Shown here piece by piece: positions 9,871 to 19,948 of a DNA stretch of 64,000 nucleotides. Location: assembly GCA_048940645.1 (NCBI GenBank), contig JBHLOI010000004.1, positions 54,688 to 118,687 on the forward strand. Direction: 5' to 3'. The notes under the pieces are model-generated. The model searched no databases. It was not told the origin of the DNA and saw nothing but the letters and a program-made list of their open reading frames with translations. The stretch is from Promethearchaeota archaeon (lineage in GTDB: Archaea > Asgardarchaeota > Lokiarchaeia > Sigyniarchaeales > SOKP01). How positions within the stretch are numbered: the stretch's first letter is position 1; each line of letters begins with the position of its first letter. Made by a program: the position numbers and the translations under genes.

Positions 9871-10470
9871 TTATAGTTTTTTAGCAAATATCCAATATTG
9901 AAATTCGCTACCTCTAACAAGAACACCTTCAAATAATATTGAAAATCCAACTGATTTAACTATTTCCAATGTCTTTTTAGGATCATAATTGCTCCAAAAC
10001 ATAGGTTCCCCAAAAAATTGGCTTACTCCTTCAGATTCAGAAGTTCCTGTATTAATTAGCAAAATTCCATTAGGTTTTAGGATTTTAAAAAATTCTTTGA
10101 AAATATTTGGATGATTATTTTTTGGAACATGAAATAAGGCATAAACAGAAATAATTCCATCGAATGAATTTTTATGAAAATCAAGCTTGTTCATATCTTT
10201 ATTAATAAAATCGGCTTCTGGTACATTTTTCTTAGCCATCTCAAGCATTGTGTCTGAAATATCTATACCAGTCACTTTTAAGCCTCTACCTACTAAATAT
10301 TTTGCTGTGGGAATTCCAGCGCCGCATCCAACATCTAAAACATGCCCATTCTTAGGTAAAAGATCAATAAATTTATCTAATTCACCATTAAACTTTTCTA
10401 AGTCTCTATGTGAATAATAAGAAGCAGCAATTTTATTATAGCTCCTTTTTACCATTTCTGATTCAAACAT
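9871..10470 (-). CDS. Class I SAM-dependent methyltransferase
   Basis: VLDVGCGAG, GIDIS, FDGI and LKPNG motifs. Confidence 0.93.
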   Translation of the reverse strand: MFESEMVKRSYNKIAASYYSHRDLEKFNGELDKFIDLLPKNGHVLDVGCGAGIPTAKYLVGRGLKVTGIDISDTMLEMAKKNVPEADFINKDMNKLDFHKNSFDGIISVYALFHVPKNNHPNIFKEFFKILKPNGILLINTGTSESEGVSQFFGEPMFWSNYDPKKTLEIVKSVGFSILFEGVLVRGSEFQYWIFAKKL

Positions 10471-10638
10471 AACTTATCACTCTAAAAAATAAATTAAATA
10501 ATTAAAATAAGATCGTTTAATTACACCTACAAAATAGCAATAATAAAAGTGAGTTTAATAACTCATAACAATCAAATGTATTTCAGTAGTTTTTTAAAAG
10601 CTGATTAGATATTTCTTTGATAAATAAAAAGTATGTAA

Positions 10639-11226
10639 TTAATCATCCTGTGTGTCTAATTCTCTTTTGGATTCGAATTCTTCTAAAGAGGAATACCCCA
10701 ATTTTTTAATAAGATGATCAAATCTTACTTTAGCTAAATTTATCCCACTGTTTTTTGCTAATTCAATATCATTTACATATAATTCAATTGATCTATCAGA
10801 ATAAGTTTCTAACTCACACGAGAGATATCTACTAAAGTATTCTGGTTTATGATTAATACTTAATGGATATCGATTGAATAACTCATTCATCCAATTTAAT
10901 TCTATAGAAACAATTTTTTGGATTAGTGGATTAACTTTAAGTGGGGGTATAATATTATTCATACGGGCATATTTTTCAGTCATTAAGTTCCTCCCCTTTG
11001 ACTTTGCAGCTTTTAAATCTTCAAGATATGATTTAAGTACATTATAAGATAATGCACTATGATTCATTTCCCTCATTAACTTAAATGTCACAGAATTTTC
11101 TTGACATAATGAGGGTTGACTAGTTCTTACATTTTCAAACATCTCAAGCTCGATTTTTAGTATCTTTTTTAAAATATTTTTCTTATTTTTAGGCATGAAG
11201 ACCAATTTATTTAAATTTTTAGTCAA
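10639..11226 (-). CDS. DUF4125 family protein
   Basis: E.EMF..V, CQE, SYL.DL..A...GRNL.TEKYARM and YL.CELETYS motifs. Confidence 0.85.
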   Translation of the reverse strand: MTKNLNKLVFMPKNKKNILKKILKIELEMFENVRTSQPSLCQENSVTFKLMREMNHSALSYNVLKSYLEDLKAAKSKGRNLMTEKYARMNNIIPPLKVNPLIQKIVSIELNWMNELFNRYPLSINHKPEYFSRYLSCELETYSDRSIELYVNDIELAKNSGINLAKVRFDHLIKKLGYSSLEEFESKRELDTQDD

Positions 11227-11233
11227 AATCGGT

Positions 11234-12046
11234 TTAATGAACGGAAATAAGCTCTCGTTTAATAAAAGGTTTCAGATCTTTTCCCTTCTTCCAGTACCAT
11301 TCAAATAATTCTATTGTCCAATTTATGAAAGAATCGTTAGAATCGATTAAACATTGGCTATAATCAATTTGACCATCTTTATTCAAAAAAAGTATGGCTC
11401 CTTTATCAGATACTATTAAAGAGAAATTAATTTGATCTAATAAACGAATATTTTGGTAAATATTTAATTTCTTGAAAAATTCCTGAGCATTTTTAAATAA
11501 TCTTAACCATTCATTAGGAATTTTATAAGATTTAGCAAGAGCAGGATTTATTAAAGCTCTTACATCTATAGACTGATCTTTAATTTTTTTTTCAACAATA
11601 GGTAAAAGAGAATTTTGTAGTTGGTCTGAAATTGCAAAAATGAATCTTTGGGAATCAGTTACTAAGTTAGACCAAAGCTCAATGTTTTGTAATGTTTTTT
11701 TATTAATTTCTATTGTTTTTAGTTTACCTAATTGAAGTATAAGGTGAACTGGAATTGAAGTTAAATGATGTGTATTGAAAAACTCTTTCAAACTGATAGA
11801 AACCTCAAAAATATCCATTATCCTATAAAAAATTCTCCCAATATTAGAAATAGTATATTTGTTATCAATTGTCTTTATTATTAAATCCTTTTCTAACAAT
11901 CTTTTTAGGTGTCGAGAAATTTCCGATCCTGGGATATTTAACTCTTTTTCTAATTCACTATGTCTTTTTTCTTTATCATATAAGTTTTTAAAGACAATTA
12001 ACCTCTTATCATTCGAGAACTCGATAAAAATCTCATTCAAATTCAA
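11234..12046 (-). CDS. Archaeal wHTH regulator with a C-terminal FilR1-middle/DUF1724-like domain
   Basis: N-terminal ArsR-like HTH (EISRHLKRL) and C-terminal FINWTIELFEWYW. Confidence 0.75.
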   Translation of the reverse strand: MNLNEIFIEFSNDKRLIVFKNLYDKEKRHSELEKELNIPGSEISRHLKRLLEKDLIIKTIDNKYTISNIGRIFYRIMDIFEVSISLKEFFNTHHLTSIPVHLILQLGKLKTIEINKKTLQNIELWSNLVTDSQRFIFAISDQLQNSLLPIVEKKIKDQSIDVRALINPALAKSYKIPNEWLRLFKNAQEFFKKLNIYQNIRLLDQINFSLIVSDKGAILFLNKDGQIDYSQCLIDSNDSFINWTIELFEWYWKKGKDLKPFIKRELISVH

Positions 12047-12265
12047 GAAATGCTCACTTTGAAATTATTAAAATCCAACTAAAATTATTAGTATTCTTCT
12101 AAATATTTTAATTTTATTCAAAATATTTTTATCATCTTAATTTTAGATTAAAAGAATTAAGACTCCATTTAGGATTTTCTTAAATGGATTCAAGCAATTA
12201 TATAGTGCAATCTAAAATATTTAAGAATTTTGAATTTAAAATAAACTGTTAAAAAGGTGTGAGAT

Positions 12266-12565
12266 TTGTACGAAGAATTAGAATTAAGAGCGCTTAGATT
12301 ATTAGCTAAGCAATTTGAATATAATCAAGCGCTTCATATGGAAGCAGTTGATATGGCAAAATTATTAGACGTGAAAAGAAAAGATATACAGGCTGTTTTG
12401 AAAACACTAGCTGACTCTAAACTAATCAATATTTATGAAGAGCGGGATAAAATTAAGTTAGCGAAGATTTCCTGGCAAGGCTTAAATGAGATTGGTGATG
12501 TTAATTTAAAATTTGGGATGGGAAGAGAAGCATATGAGAATTATAAAAAAGAGGGATTAGAATAA
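12266..12565 (+). CDS. Small winged-helix-like protein leading the acyl-CoA cluster
   Basis: MAKLLDVKRKDIQAVLKTLADSKLI ... KISWQG pattern. TTG start after AGGTG; the stop is 1 nt before the next ATG. Confidence 0.55.
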   Translation: MYEELELRALRLLAKQFEYNQALHMEAVDMAKLLDVKRKDIQAVLKTLADSKLINIYEERDKIKLAKISWQGLNEIGDVNLKFGMGREAYENYKKEGLE

Positions 12566-12566
12566 A

Positions 12567-13814
12567 ATGACATTTGATTATATGCCATGGTGGAGTGATA
12601 GAACAAAAAAATTCGCAGATGAAGTTGAGAATTTTATGGATACGGAACTCCAACCCCGAGCAATTAAACTTCTTGAGCAGAATAAAGATCCAATGGCAAT
12701 TCAATGGGAAGCTTCAAAACTTTGTATTGATAAAGGATTCCATCCTTTAATGGTTTTAGCTGAAGAAGAATATGGTGGAGTTGATCAAGGATATGCTGGT
12801 TATACAATCTTAAATGAAGAAGTAGGAAGGGCAATGATAAATATAAACCCATTATTAACAAGTGTATTTGGAGCTGGCCCGATACATTTGTTCGGGACTG
12901 AACAACAAAAACAAAAATTTATGGTTCCATTAGTAAAAGGTGAGAAATGGGCTTCTATTACTGTCACTGAGCCAGATGTGGGTAATGATGCTGCTGGAAT
13001 TCAATTAAATGCTGAAAAAGATGGAGATGAGTGGATTCTGAACGGTTGGAAGCGTTATATTACTTTAGGAGCAATAAGTGATTATCATATGCTTTATGCT
13101 AACTCAGATCCAGACATGAGGAGAGTTTATAGACATTTAACAGCATTTTTTGTTCCTACTGATCTTCCCGGAATCTCAATTGAAAAAATTAATTCATTAA
13201 TAGGGGATGTTGAAATGGCTAATTCAGTAATTAGATATAATGATGTTCGAGTACCAGAAGAAAATATGATACTGGATCCTGGAGATGGTTGGACTGTTAT
13301 GACTAGCGCTTTAAATATTGAGCGCTTAGGAATAGCTGGAGTTGTAGGCTCATCCAGAAATCTATTAGAAACAGCAAGAGCTTATGGAAGGAGAAGAGTT
13401 CAATTTGGAATGCCTATTTCGAGATATAATGGTGTTCAATTAAGAATGGCAAATATTTCAATGAAAATGAATCTAACTAGAGTCTTCTTGTACTATTTAG
13501 CTGATCTATTGGATAAAGGTGAAGCTGATATGTTCAGCTTTGGAGTGAAATCTTCAATTTCTAAAGTATTCGGAACGCAATCATTAACTGAGATGGCTTT
13601 GGATGCTCTTTTCATCTGTGGGGGAGATGGCTATCTTCAAGAAATAGGTGTAGGAGGAATTCTCAAAAATGCTGCGTTAATGCAAATAGCAGGAGGTTCT
13701 AATGACATTTTAAAATTATTCATTGGCAGAAATGAATTTATGCAAGATGTTGATACTCGCATGTTAACTCCATCTGTGAGAGGTCCAACTGAAGAAGATG
13801 TTAAAGATTTATAA
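12567..13814 (+). CDS. Acyl-CoA dehydrogenase (IVD/LCAD-type catalytic Glu position)
   Basis: TEPDVGND, WILNGWKRYIT, RVQFG.PI, GGDGY and IAGGSNDI motifs. LNIERL carries the helix-G Glu. Confidence 0.95.
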   Translation: MTFDYMPWWSDRTKKFADEVENFMDTELQPRAIKLLEQNKDPMAIQWEASKLCIDKGFHPLMVLAEEEYGGVDQGYAGYTILNEEVGRAMININPLLTSVFGAGPIHLFGTEQQKQKFMVPLVKGEKWASITVTEPDVGNDAAGIQLNAEKDGDEWILNGWKRYITLGAISDYHMLYANSDPDMRRVYRHLTAFFVPTDLPGISIEKINSLIGDVEMANSVIRYNDVRVPEENMILDPGDGWTVMTSALNIERLGIAGVVGSSRNLLETARAYGRRRVQFGMPISRYNGVQLRMANISMKMNLTRVFLYYLADLLDKGEADMFSFGVKSSISKVFGTQSLTEMALDALFICGGDGYLQEIGVGGILKNAALMQIAGGSNDILKLFIGRNEFMQDVDTRMLTPSVRGPTEEDVKDL

Positions 13815-13832
13815 GAAAGGAGGTTAGAAAAG

Positions 13833-14633
13833 ATGACAAAATATGAAGAAATTAAGTTTGAAGTGGAAGATGGTATTGGGTGGATTACTATTGATCGTCC
13901 TGAAAGAAGAAATGCACTATCTAGAGATGTATGGGCAAGTATTGGCCAAGTTTTATCGGATAGTTGGGATGATATTAATGTAAGAGTAATTGTATTAACG
14001 GGAAATGATGAGGAATATAAAGGTGGTCGGGCTTTTTCAGCAGGACTTGACATAAAGGAAATGTCAACAACAGGGTTTAAGAATCTTGGTGATTTTCTAG
14101 GAATCCTGCTTGATCCATGTGAATTAATGGCACGTTATCCCAAACCCTTGATCGCAATGATTAATGGTTATGCATACGCCGGAGGTTTAGAGCTTACTTT
14201 ATGGTGTGACTGTGCTCTTGCTGCGGATGATGCTCTAATGGGCTTTTGGGAAAATCGAAGAGGGTTAGCAAGTGGTGTTGCATTTCTATTGCTTCCTGAA
14301 CTAATAGGAATGCGCCATACAAAAGAGCTTTTACTAACTGGGAAAATTATTTCTGCAGATGAAGCTTATAGAATGGGTTTGGTTAACAAAGTAGTAGCCC
14401 ATGATCAATTAAGGGAAGCTACCAAGGAAATGGCTGAAGAAATGAAAAAAGTAGCTCCTATAAGCCATAAGTGGACTAAAAAGTGGTTTCAACAAGGATA
14501 TCATTATACTAGAACTAGAGCAATTGGTAGTCTTTGGGAGCCATTCCAGGAGCTCTTCCACTCTGAGGATGTTATTGAGGGTTTTACTGCTTTTATGGAA
14601 GATAATCGAGAACCAAAATGGAAAGGAAAATAA
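13833..14633 (+). CDS. Enoyl-CoA hydratase
   Basis: FSAGLDI, GGLEL and WENRRG, so both catalytic Glu residues are present. Confidence 0.92.
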   Translation: MTKYEEIKFEVEDGIGWITIDRPERRNALSRDVWASIGQVLSDSWDDINVRVIVLTGNDEEYKGGRAFSAGLDIKEMSTTGFKNLGDFLGILLDPCELMARYPKPLIAMINGYAYAGGLELTLWCDCALAADDALMGFWENRRGLASGVAFLLLPELIGMRHTKELLLTGKIISADEAYRMGLVNKVVAHDQLREATKEMAEEMKKVAPISHKWTKKWFQQGYHYTRTRAIGSLWEPFQELFHSEDVIEGFTAFMEDNREPKWKGK

Positions 14634-14679
14634 ATTTTTTTTAAATTATATTAAAATTAAAATTATAGGAGGAAAAATT

Positions 14680-15009
14680 ATGTCAGATGAAGAATTAATC
14701 GAAGGAATTAAGAAAATGGTTAGTAAACTGGATGATCCTGCTTACCAAGAACGATTTAAGGGATTTGATAGGATATTACAATTTAATTTTAAAGATACTA
14801 ATAATTACTATTTAGTTTTTAAAGATGCTAAATGTGAAATAAAAGATGGTGATGTTGACGATCCAAATATCACTATTACGACAACTAGTGATGTAATCAT
14901 TGATATAATGGATGGCGAATTAAGTCCTACTAAAGCATTCATGGGAGGAAAGTTAAAGGCAAAGGGTCCTATGAAAGATATGCTTAAAATGCAAATGCTT
15001 ATGAAATAA
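14680..15009 (+). CDS. SCP2 sterol/lipid carrier domain protein
   Basis: GELSPTKAFMGGKLKAKG motif. The true start is ATG 14680 after GGAGG; the ORF-track start at 14524 is too long. Confidence 0.9.
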   Translation: MSDEELIEGIKKMVSKLDDPAYQERFKGFDRILQFNFKDTNNYYLVFKDAKCEIKDGDVDDPNITITTTSDVIIDIMDGELSPTKAFMGGKLKAKGPMKDMLKMQMLMK

Positions 15010-15026
15010 GCAAATGCTTATGAAAT
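14991..15026 (+). repeat. 17-bp direct repeat duplicating the 3' end of the SCP2 gene
   Basis: GCAAATGCTTATGAAAT at 14991-15007 and 15010-15026. Confidence 0.9.
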
Positions 15027-15084
15027 TTTTTATAGATTAATTTTTTTTATTTTATATTTAATGATGATAAAGAGGGTTAAAAGA

Positions 15085-15903
15085 ATGGATTTCAAATATC
15101 TATTATTTGAAGTAAAAGATAATGTGGCTGTTATAACACTTAACCGAGAGAATAAATTGAATGCTATAAATGGTAAAATGTTTGATGAGATTTATGAAGC
15201 TTTAGATGAGATAGCAAATAACAAGGAAATTAGAGCTGCAATTATCACAGGTAAAGGTCGTGCTTTTTCCACTGGTGGAGATTTTAATCAAGCTAGCCAA
15301 GGAATGGCAGGAGATATAGATAGTGTAGAAGATGGAGGAAAAATGCAATCTGGAGAAATAGAAATAGATGTTTCTCAAAAAAGATTAGTGCTAAAATTGC
15401 AGAGGACTCCTAAACCCATTATAGCTGCGATTAATGGGCTTGCTCTAGGAGGAGGGTTAAATATTGCTTTAAATTGCGACTTGATTTATGCTGCTCAAAA
15501 TGCTGAGCTCGGTACTTTTTTCATGAAAAGGGCCATTATCCCAGAAATGTCTTCGACATATATATTGCCAAGAATAGTTGGTATACATAAGGCAAAAGAA
15601 CTCATCTTTTTTGGCGATAGATTTAGTGCTCAAGAAGCTTTAAAAATGGGATTAATTAATGGTGTCTTTCCTGTCGAGGAATTCATGAATAAGGTCATGG
15701 AAGTCGCTGAAAAATTAGCAAAAGGACCTACATTTTCAATTGGATTGGTGAAATTAATCATAAATAAAGTATTAGAGGAAAAAACAATTCAAGCACTTGA
15801 AAATGAAGCGGAAGCTTTATTTAAAGCATTTGATTCAGAGGATTTTACTGAGGGCTTGTTGGCATTTTTCGAAAAAAGAGATCCTGAATTTTTAGGAAGA
15901 TGA
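15085..15903 (+). CDS. Crotonase family protein (PaaG-like isomerase type)
   Basis: FSTGGDF, GGGLNIAL and IIPEMS motifs; both canonical hydratase Glu residues are missing. Confidence 0.88.
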   Translation: MDFKYLLFEVKDNVAVITLNRENKLNAINGKMFDEIYEALDEIANNKEIRAAIITGKGRAFSTGGDFNQASQGMAGDIDSVEDGGKMQSGEIEIDVSQKRLVLKLQRTPKPIIAAINGLALGGGLNIALNCDLIYAAQNAELGTFFMKRAIIPEMSSTYILPRIVGIHKAKELIFFGDRFSAQEALKMGLINGVFPVEEFMNKVMEVAEKLAKGPTFSIGLVKLIINKVLEEKTIQALENEAEALFKAFDSEDFTEGLLAFFEKRDPEFLGR

Positions 15904-15925
15904 AAAAAGTGAAAGCGAGAAAAAA

Positions 15926-16360
15926 ATGAAAGAAGAGAAAGCAAATAAGATATTGAAAATTTTATCAATGATTGGAGGTATTTATGAAATAATATTTGGA
16001 ATTTTGATGATATTTTTCATAGTACCTTTATTAAATTTAATGGGTCTAAATATTTTGCAAATAGAATATCCTATATTTACTCATACTGCTGGATTATTGG
16101 CTGTAATCCTAGGTTTAATATTACTTTTCTCAGCATTTAATATAAAAAAATTCTTAAACAATATAATTTTCATAATACTTCTACGTTTTATTATTCAAAT
16201 TGTTATCATTGTAAATATTTTTATAATTCCGACGATTTGTATCGGTTTGGTTTTATTCGGCTTAATTGATTTAATTTTTGCCATCCTTACTATACATTTC
16301 ATCAAAATCTCAGGGTTATCATTTAACATTATTAAAAATATAAAAGATGGGGGGAGTTAA
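15926..16360 (+). CDS. Four-TM membrane protein
   Basis: Four hydrophobic segments, inside the acyl-CoA cluster. Confidence 0.7.
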   Translation: MKEEKANKILKILSMIGGIYEIIFGILMIFFIVPLLNLMGLNILQIEYPIFTHTAGLLAVILGLILLFSAFNIKKFLNNIIFIILLRFIIQIVIIVNIFIIPTICIGLVLFGLIDLIFAILTIHFIKISGLSFNIIKNIKDGGS

Positions 16361-17075
16361 GATCACTAAACAAGATACAATAATTAAAGATGTCCTTAAT
16401 CAAAATAGAACATTCCTAATGGAACATGAAAGTAAGGATTTAATTGCTAAATATGACATTCCGGTAGGAGAATATAAAGTTGTTAAAAATGAGTATGAAG
16501 CAGTAAAATTTGCTAATAAAATAGGCTATCCTGTGGTTGCAAAATTAATGAGCCCAGACATAATCCATAAAACTGAAGCCAGAGTGATTAAGTTAAATTT
16601 GAATTCTGATGAAGAGGTTAGAAAAGCTTATAAAGAAGTTATTCATAATGGCAAAAACTATAATTCTGAGGCTCAAATAGAAGGGGTAAATATACAGAAA
16701 ATGATGGAAGAAGGTCTCGTTGAAATCATAATAGGAAGCATCAGAGATATTAATTTTGGGCCAGTTCTTATGTTTGGATTAGGTGGTATTTTTGTTGAAA
16801 TATTTAAAGACGTGTCATATCGAGTATGTCCAATTTCTCAAGGTGAAGCTAGTAAGATGATTAGAAACATCAAAGCTTTTCCATTGTTGGATGGATATCG
16901 AGGACAACCGAAAGCGGATAATGAAAAAATAATAGAAGTTTTATTAAAATGTTGTCACCTTTTAATTGAAAATCCGGAAATTGAAGAATTAGATTTAAAT
17001 CCCGTAATTGTGTTTGAAAAAGGTAAAGGGTTAATGGTTCTGGATGCGAGAATTATTTTAAGGGAGGATTTATAA
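16347..17075 (+). CDS. acdB: ADP-forming acetate/acyl-CoA ligase beta subunit (ATP-grasp)
   Basis: GYPVVAK..SPDIIHKTE, FGPVLMFGLGGIFVEIFKD, ELDLNP and LDARI motifs. Confidence 0.92.
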   Translation: MGGVKITKQDTIIKDVLNQNRTFLMEHESKDLIAKYDIPVGEYKVVKNEYEAVKFANKIGYPVVAKLMSPDIIHKTEARVIKLNLNSDEEVRKAYKEVIHNGKNYNSEAQIEGVNIQKMMEEGLVEIIIGSIRDINFGPVLMFGLGGIFVEIFKDVSYRVCPISQGEASKMIRNIKAFPLLDGYRGQPKADNEKIIEVLLKCCHLLIENPEIEELDLNPVIVFEKGKGLMVLDARIILREDL

Positions 17076-18538
17076 TGGCTAAACTTGAAGAATTTAATGG
17101 ATTTTTTAATCCTAAAACTGTTGCTTTCTATGGTGCTTCTAATGTAATGCAAAAGTTTGGAAGTTTACATCTTACAAACTTATTAGCTGCAGGGTTTCAA
17201 GGAAAAGTAATACCAATTCATCCAAAAGGAGAGAAAATCTTAGGCTTTAAAGCATATAAAAATATAAAGGATGTGCCTGAAGATATTGATCTAGTTGTAA
17301 TAGCTACTCGTCCTGATATAATTAATAATATTTTAGAAGATTGCGGTCAAAAAGGGGTAAAACATGCTATTATTGTATCAGGAGGTTTTTCAGAAATCGG
17401 AAATGAAGAAGAACAAAAACGAATGAAGGAGATAGCTAAGAGATATGGAATTAAAATTATGGGTCCTAATTGTTCAGGAGAAGTAGTAGCTCCAAATATT
17501 AACATTACTCATGTTCCTTGGCCACCAAGAAAAGGGGGGGTTTCAATTATTTCACAATCGGGAACTTATGCGGTCCAACCTTTAATTGCGATAAGTACAA
17601 AGATAGGCGTAGGAATTTCTAAAATAATTTCAGTTGGAAATGAAGTTAATACAGACTTAGTTGATTATCTAGAAGTGCTAGAAGAAGATCAAGATACTAC
17701 TTGTATTGGTTTATATTTTGAAGCAGTTAGGCGAGGGAAAGAATTTATAGAATTAATTGAAAGAATAAATAATAAAAAACCAATTGTAATAATTCCAATA
17801 GGGCAAACTGAGGCAGGCACAAGATCCGCCAAATCTCATACTGCTGCTATTACATCTCCAGGCTATATTATTGATTCAATTTGCGAGCAAACAGGAGCAG
17901 TTAAGGTAAAAAATAGTATAGAGATGCTAAACTTGTTAAATGCGTTTGATTCACTTCCTCTTCTAAAAGGAAATCGTGTAGCGATACTTACTATGGGGGG
18001 AGGACCTGGTACATTAATGTCTGATTTATTTGAAAGTCATGGAATGAAAGTGCCTGTTTTAAGTGACGCATTACAAGAAAAAATTAAACCATGGCTCCCA
18101 CCAACTGCGTCAACAGTGAATCCTATTGACCTTACCTACAGTGATGATATGCAAAATTACCTGAATGTTGTACCAGAAATTCTTTTAAAAAGTGATGAGA
18201 TCGATTCTTTAATATTTTATGGGCTGATGGGAAATCAATATTTTACTAATATACTTAAAGTTCCAGATTATATGAAGGATCTGGAAAGTGTAATTGCTTT
18301 GGAAAACTTTGGAGATATGATGGATGATTTTTTTATGGCTCTTTTCGATGAGCTTGTAGAATTTAAAGAAAAATATAATAAACCCATAATATTAACATGT
18401 TATAATACAAGAGAGGAAAAATTTGTAGCTTATTTACAAGATAATGGAATTCCAGTATATTATCCAGAAGAAGGAGTATGGGTTTTAATACTTATGTGGC
18501 AGTATTCAAATTTTATGCTTACTAAAATCAATACATAA
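17075..18538 (+). CDS. acdA: ADP-forming acetate/acyl-CoA ligase alpha subunit
   Basis: FNPKTVAFYGAS, GPNC, SQSG, phospho-His SHTA and NPIDL motifs. Confidence 0.92.
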   Translation: MAKLEEFNGFFNPKTVAFYGASNVMQKFGSLHLTNLLAAGFQGKVIPIHPKGEKILGFKAYKNIKDVPEDIDLVVIATRPDIINNILEDCGQKGVKHAIIVSGGFSEIGNEEEQKRMKEIAKRYGIKIMGPNCSGEVVAPNINITHVPWPPRKGGVSIISQSGTYAVQPLIAISTKIGVGISKIISVGNEVNTDLVDYLEVLEEDQDTTCIGLYFEAVRRGKEFIELIERINNKKPIVIIPIGQTEAGTRSAKSHTAAITSPGYIIDSICEQTGAVKVKNSIEMLNLLNAFDSLPLLKGNRVAILTMGGGPGTLMSDLFESHGMKVPVLSDALQEKIKPWLPPTASTVNPIDLTYSDDMQNYLNVVPEILLKSDEIDSLIFYGLMGNQYFTNILKVPDYMKDLESVIALENFGDMMDDFFMALFDELVEFKEKYNKPIILTCYNTREEKFVAYLQDNGIPVYYPEEGVWVLILMWQYSNFMLTKINT

Positions 18539-18545
18539 TTTCTTT

Positions 18546-18764
18546 TTATGAGAAAAAATCCTTTAATAAACTAGATATTATATTATAGCTCTCATTTATT
18601 TTGCCATTTTTATTATTTTCTAATTTTAATAAGAGAGTTTGATTTCCAGAACTTAATTTAATTGTTAATTTTTTTGTTTCATTAGATCTATTACCCCACA
18701 TTTCTTCTAGTCTATCGCAAAATTGGTCTTTTTTCTTTTCTTTTATTAAAGCTTCTTCTTTCAT
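18546..18764 (-). CDS. Hypothetical small protein
   Basis: 72-aa ORF with AAGG upstream; no recognisable motif. Confidence 0.4.
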   Translation of the reverse strand: MKEEALIKEKKKDQFCDRLEEMWGNRSNETKKLTIKLSSGNQTLLLKLENNKNGKINESYNIISSLLKDFFS

Positions 18765-18814
18765 AGTTTTCCTTTTGTCTATAGTATCTTTAATTCTAAT
18801 ACAAACTTTTTAAA

Positions 18815-19948
18815 GTGAACAAAAAATTACAATTAAAATATACAATATATTACTTGCCTATTGCAATTCAAATGCTATCTAATCTACCTACTAGTAATAA
18901 AAAAATATATACAAAAATTAATGAGAATATTATTTTAATTCATCAGGATTCAATGGCAACTATGAATTTTAATTCATGTAATTGTTATTTAATTCATATT
19001 AATGATAAAGAATATGCTATAATAGATCCTGGGTGTTCGAAAAGAAAATTAAATACAACTTTGAAACAAAATGAAATAAATTTCTCAGAAATTAAATATT
19101 TTTATATCACTCATGGACATAGTGATCACATTGGATTAATTGATTATCTTCAAAAAAAGAATAGAAAAATTCAAGGATATATTCATAAGTTAGATAAACG
19201 ATCCATTGAAAGTTCAATAGAATACTATAATATGCTCTTTGATATTTCTCTATTAAAAAAAAATAAAAGATACAAAGATTTCATTGATGCAATAAAATAT
19301 TATACTACTCCTAATTCTACGATTCCAATTAAACAGAGTTTTAAAATGATTTTTGATATTTGGAATGTTAAAAGTAGGAAAATTATCAATACATTTAGAG
19401 ATGGTGAAATTTTACCCGGAAATTTGAAAGTGATTCATGCTCCAGGGCATACTCCTGGAATGTGTATGCTATATAAAGAAGAAGATTATTTGCTTTTTTC
19501 TTCTGATATCCATTTGAGTAGTATTGGACCAAGTTTCTCAGGTAATTATAGTAATATATCTGATTTTAAATTATCTATTAATAAGATTATAAACTTAGTA
19601 GAAACTGGATTAGTAAAAGTGATATTATCTGGACATGGTAAAAATCCCATAACTGAGAAATTAACGGAACGATTATTAAAATTCTATGAAGACATCACAG
19701 CTAAAGAAAATCAATTATTGTTGATATTACAAGAAAAAGGAAACTTGACACTTGAACAAATTACAAAGAAAACATTTAAAGAATATATAAAAAGATTTGA
19801 AAAGTTTCTTCATAGACCTGAATTACTCGAAACAATAGTTATTGCTGAAGCATCAGAAATGATGTCAAACTTAAATATATTAAAAGAGTTAGAAAGACTA
19901 GGAAAAGTATCAAAACTGATAAAACAAAATGAAGTCTATTGGAGTTAA
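18815..19948 (+). CDS. Metallo-beta-lactamase fold hydrolase with a C-terminal wHTH-like region
   Basis: THGHSDH, PGHTPG, SSD and SGHG motifs. The start may be downstream, at the MLSNL Met. Confidence 0.9.
   Translation: MNKKLQLKYTIYYLPIAIQMLSNLPTSNKKIYTKINENIILIHQDSMATMNFNSCNCYLIHINDKEYAIIDPGCSKRKLNTTLKQNEINFSEIKYFYITHGHSDHIGLIDYLQKKNRKIQGYIHKLDKRSIESSIEYYNMLFDISLLKKNKRYKDFIDAIKYYTTPNSTIPIKQSFKMIFDIWNVKSRKIINTFRDGEILPGNLKVIHAPGHTPGMCMLYKEEDYLLFSSDIHLSSIGPSFSGNYSNISDFKLSINKIINLVETGLVKVILSGHGKNPITEKLTERLLKFYEDITAKENQLLLILQEKGNLTLEQITKKTFKEYIKRFEKFLHRPELLETIVIAEASEMMSNLNILKELERLGKVSKLIKQNEVYWS

Noticed and set aside
10550-10565. TGAGTT-N4-AACTCA inverted repeat
   Set aside because: Six-bp arms in AT-rich DNA are expected by chance, and no second copy was seen.
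14524-14679. N-terminal extension of the SCP2 ORF in the track
   Set aside because: Overlaps the upstream gene; a strong GGAGG SD supports ATG 14680.
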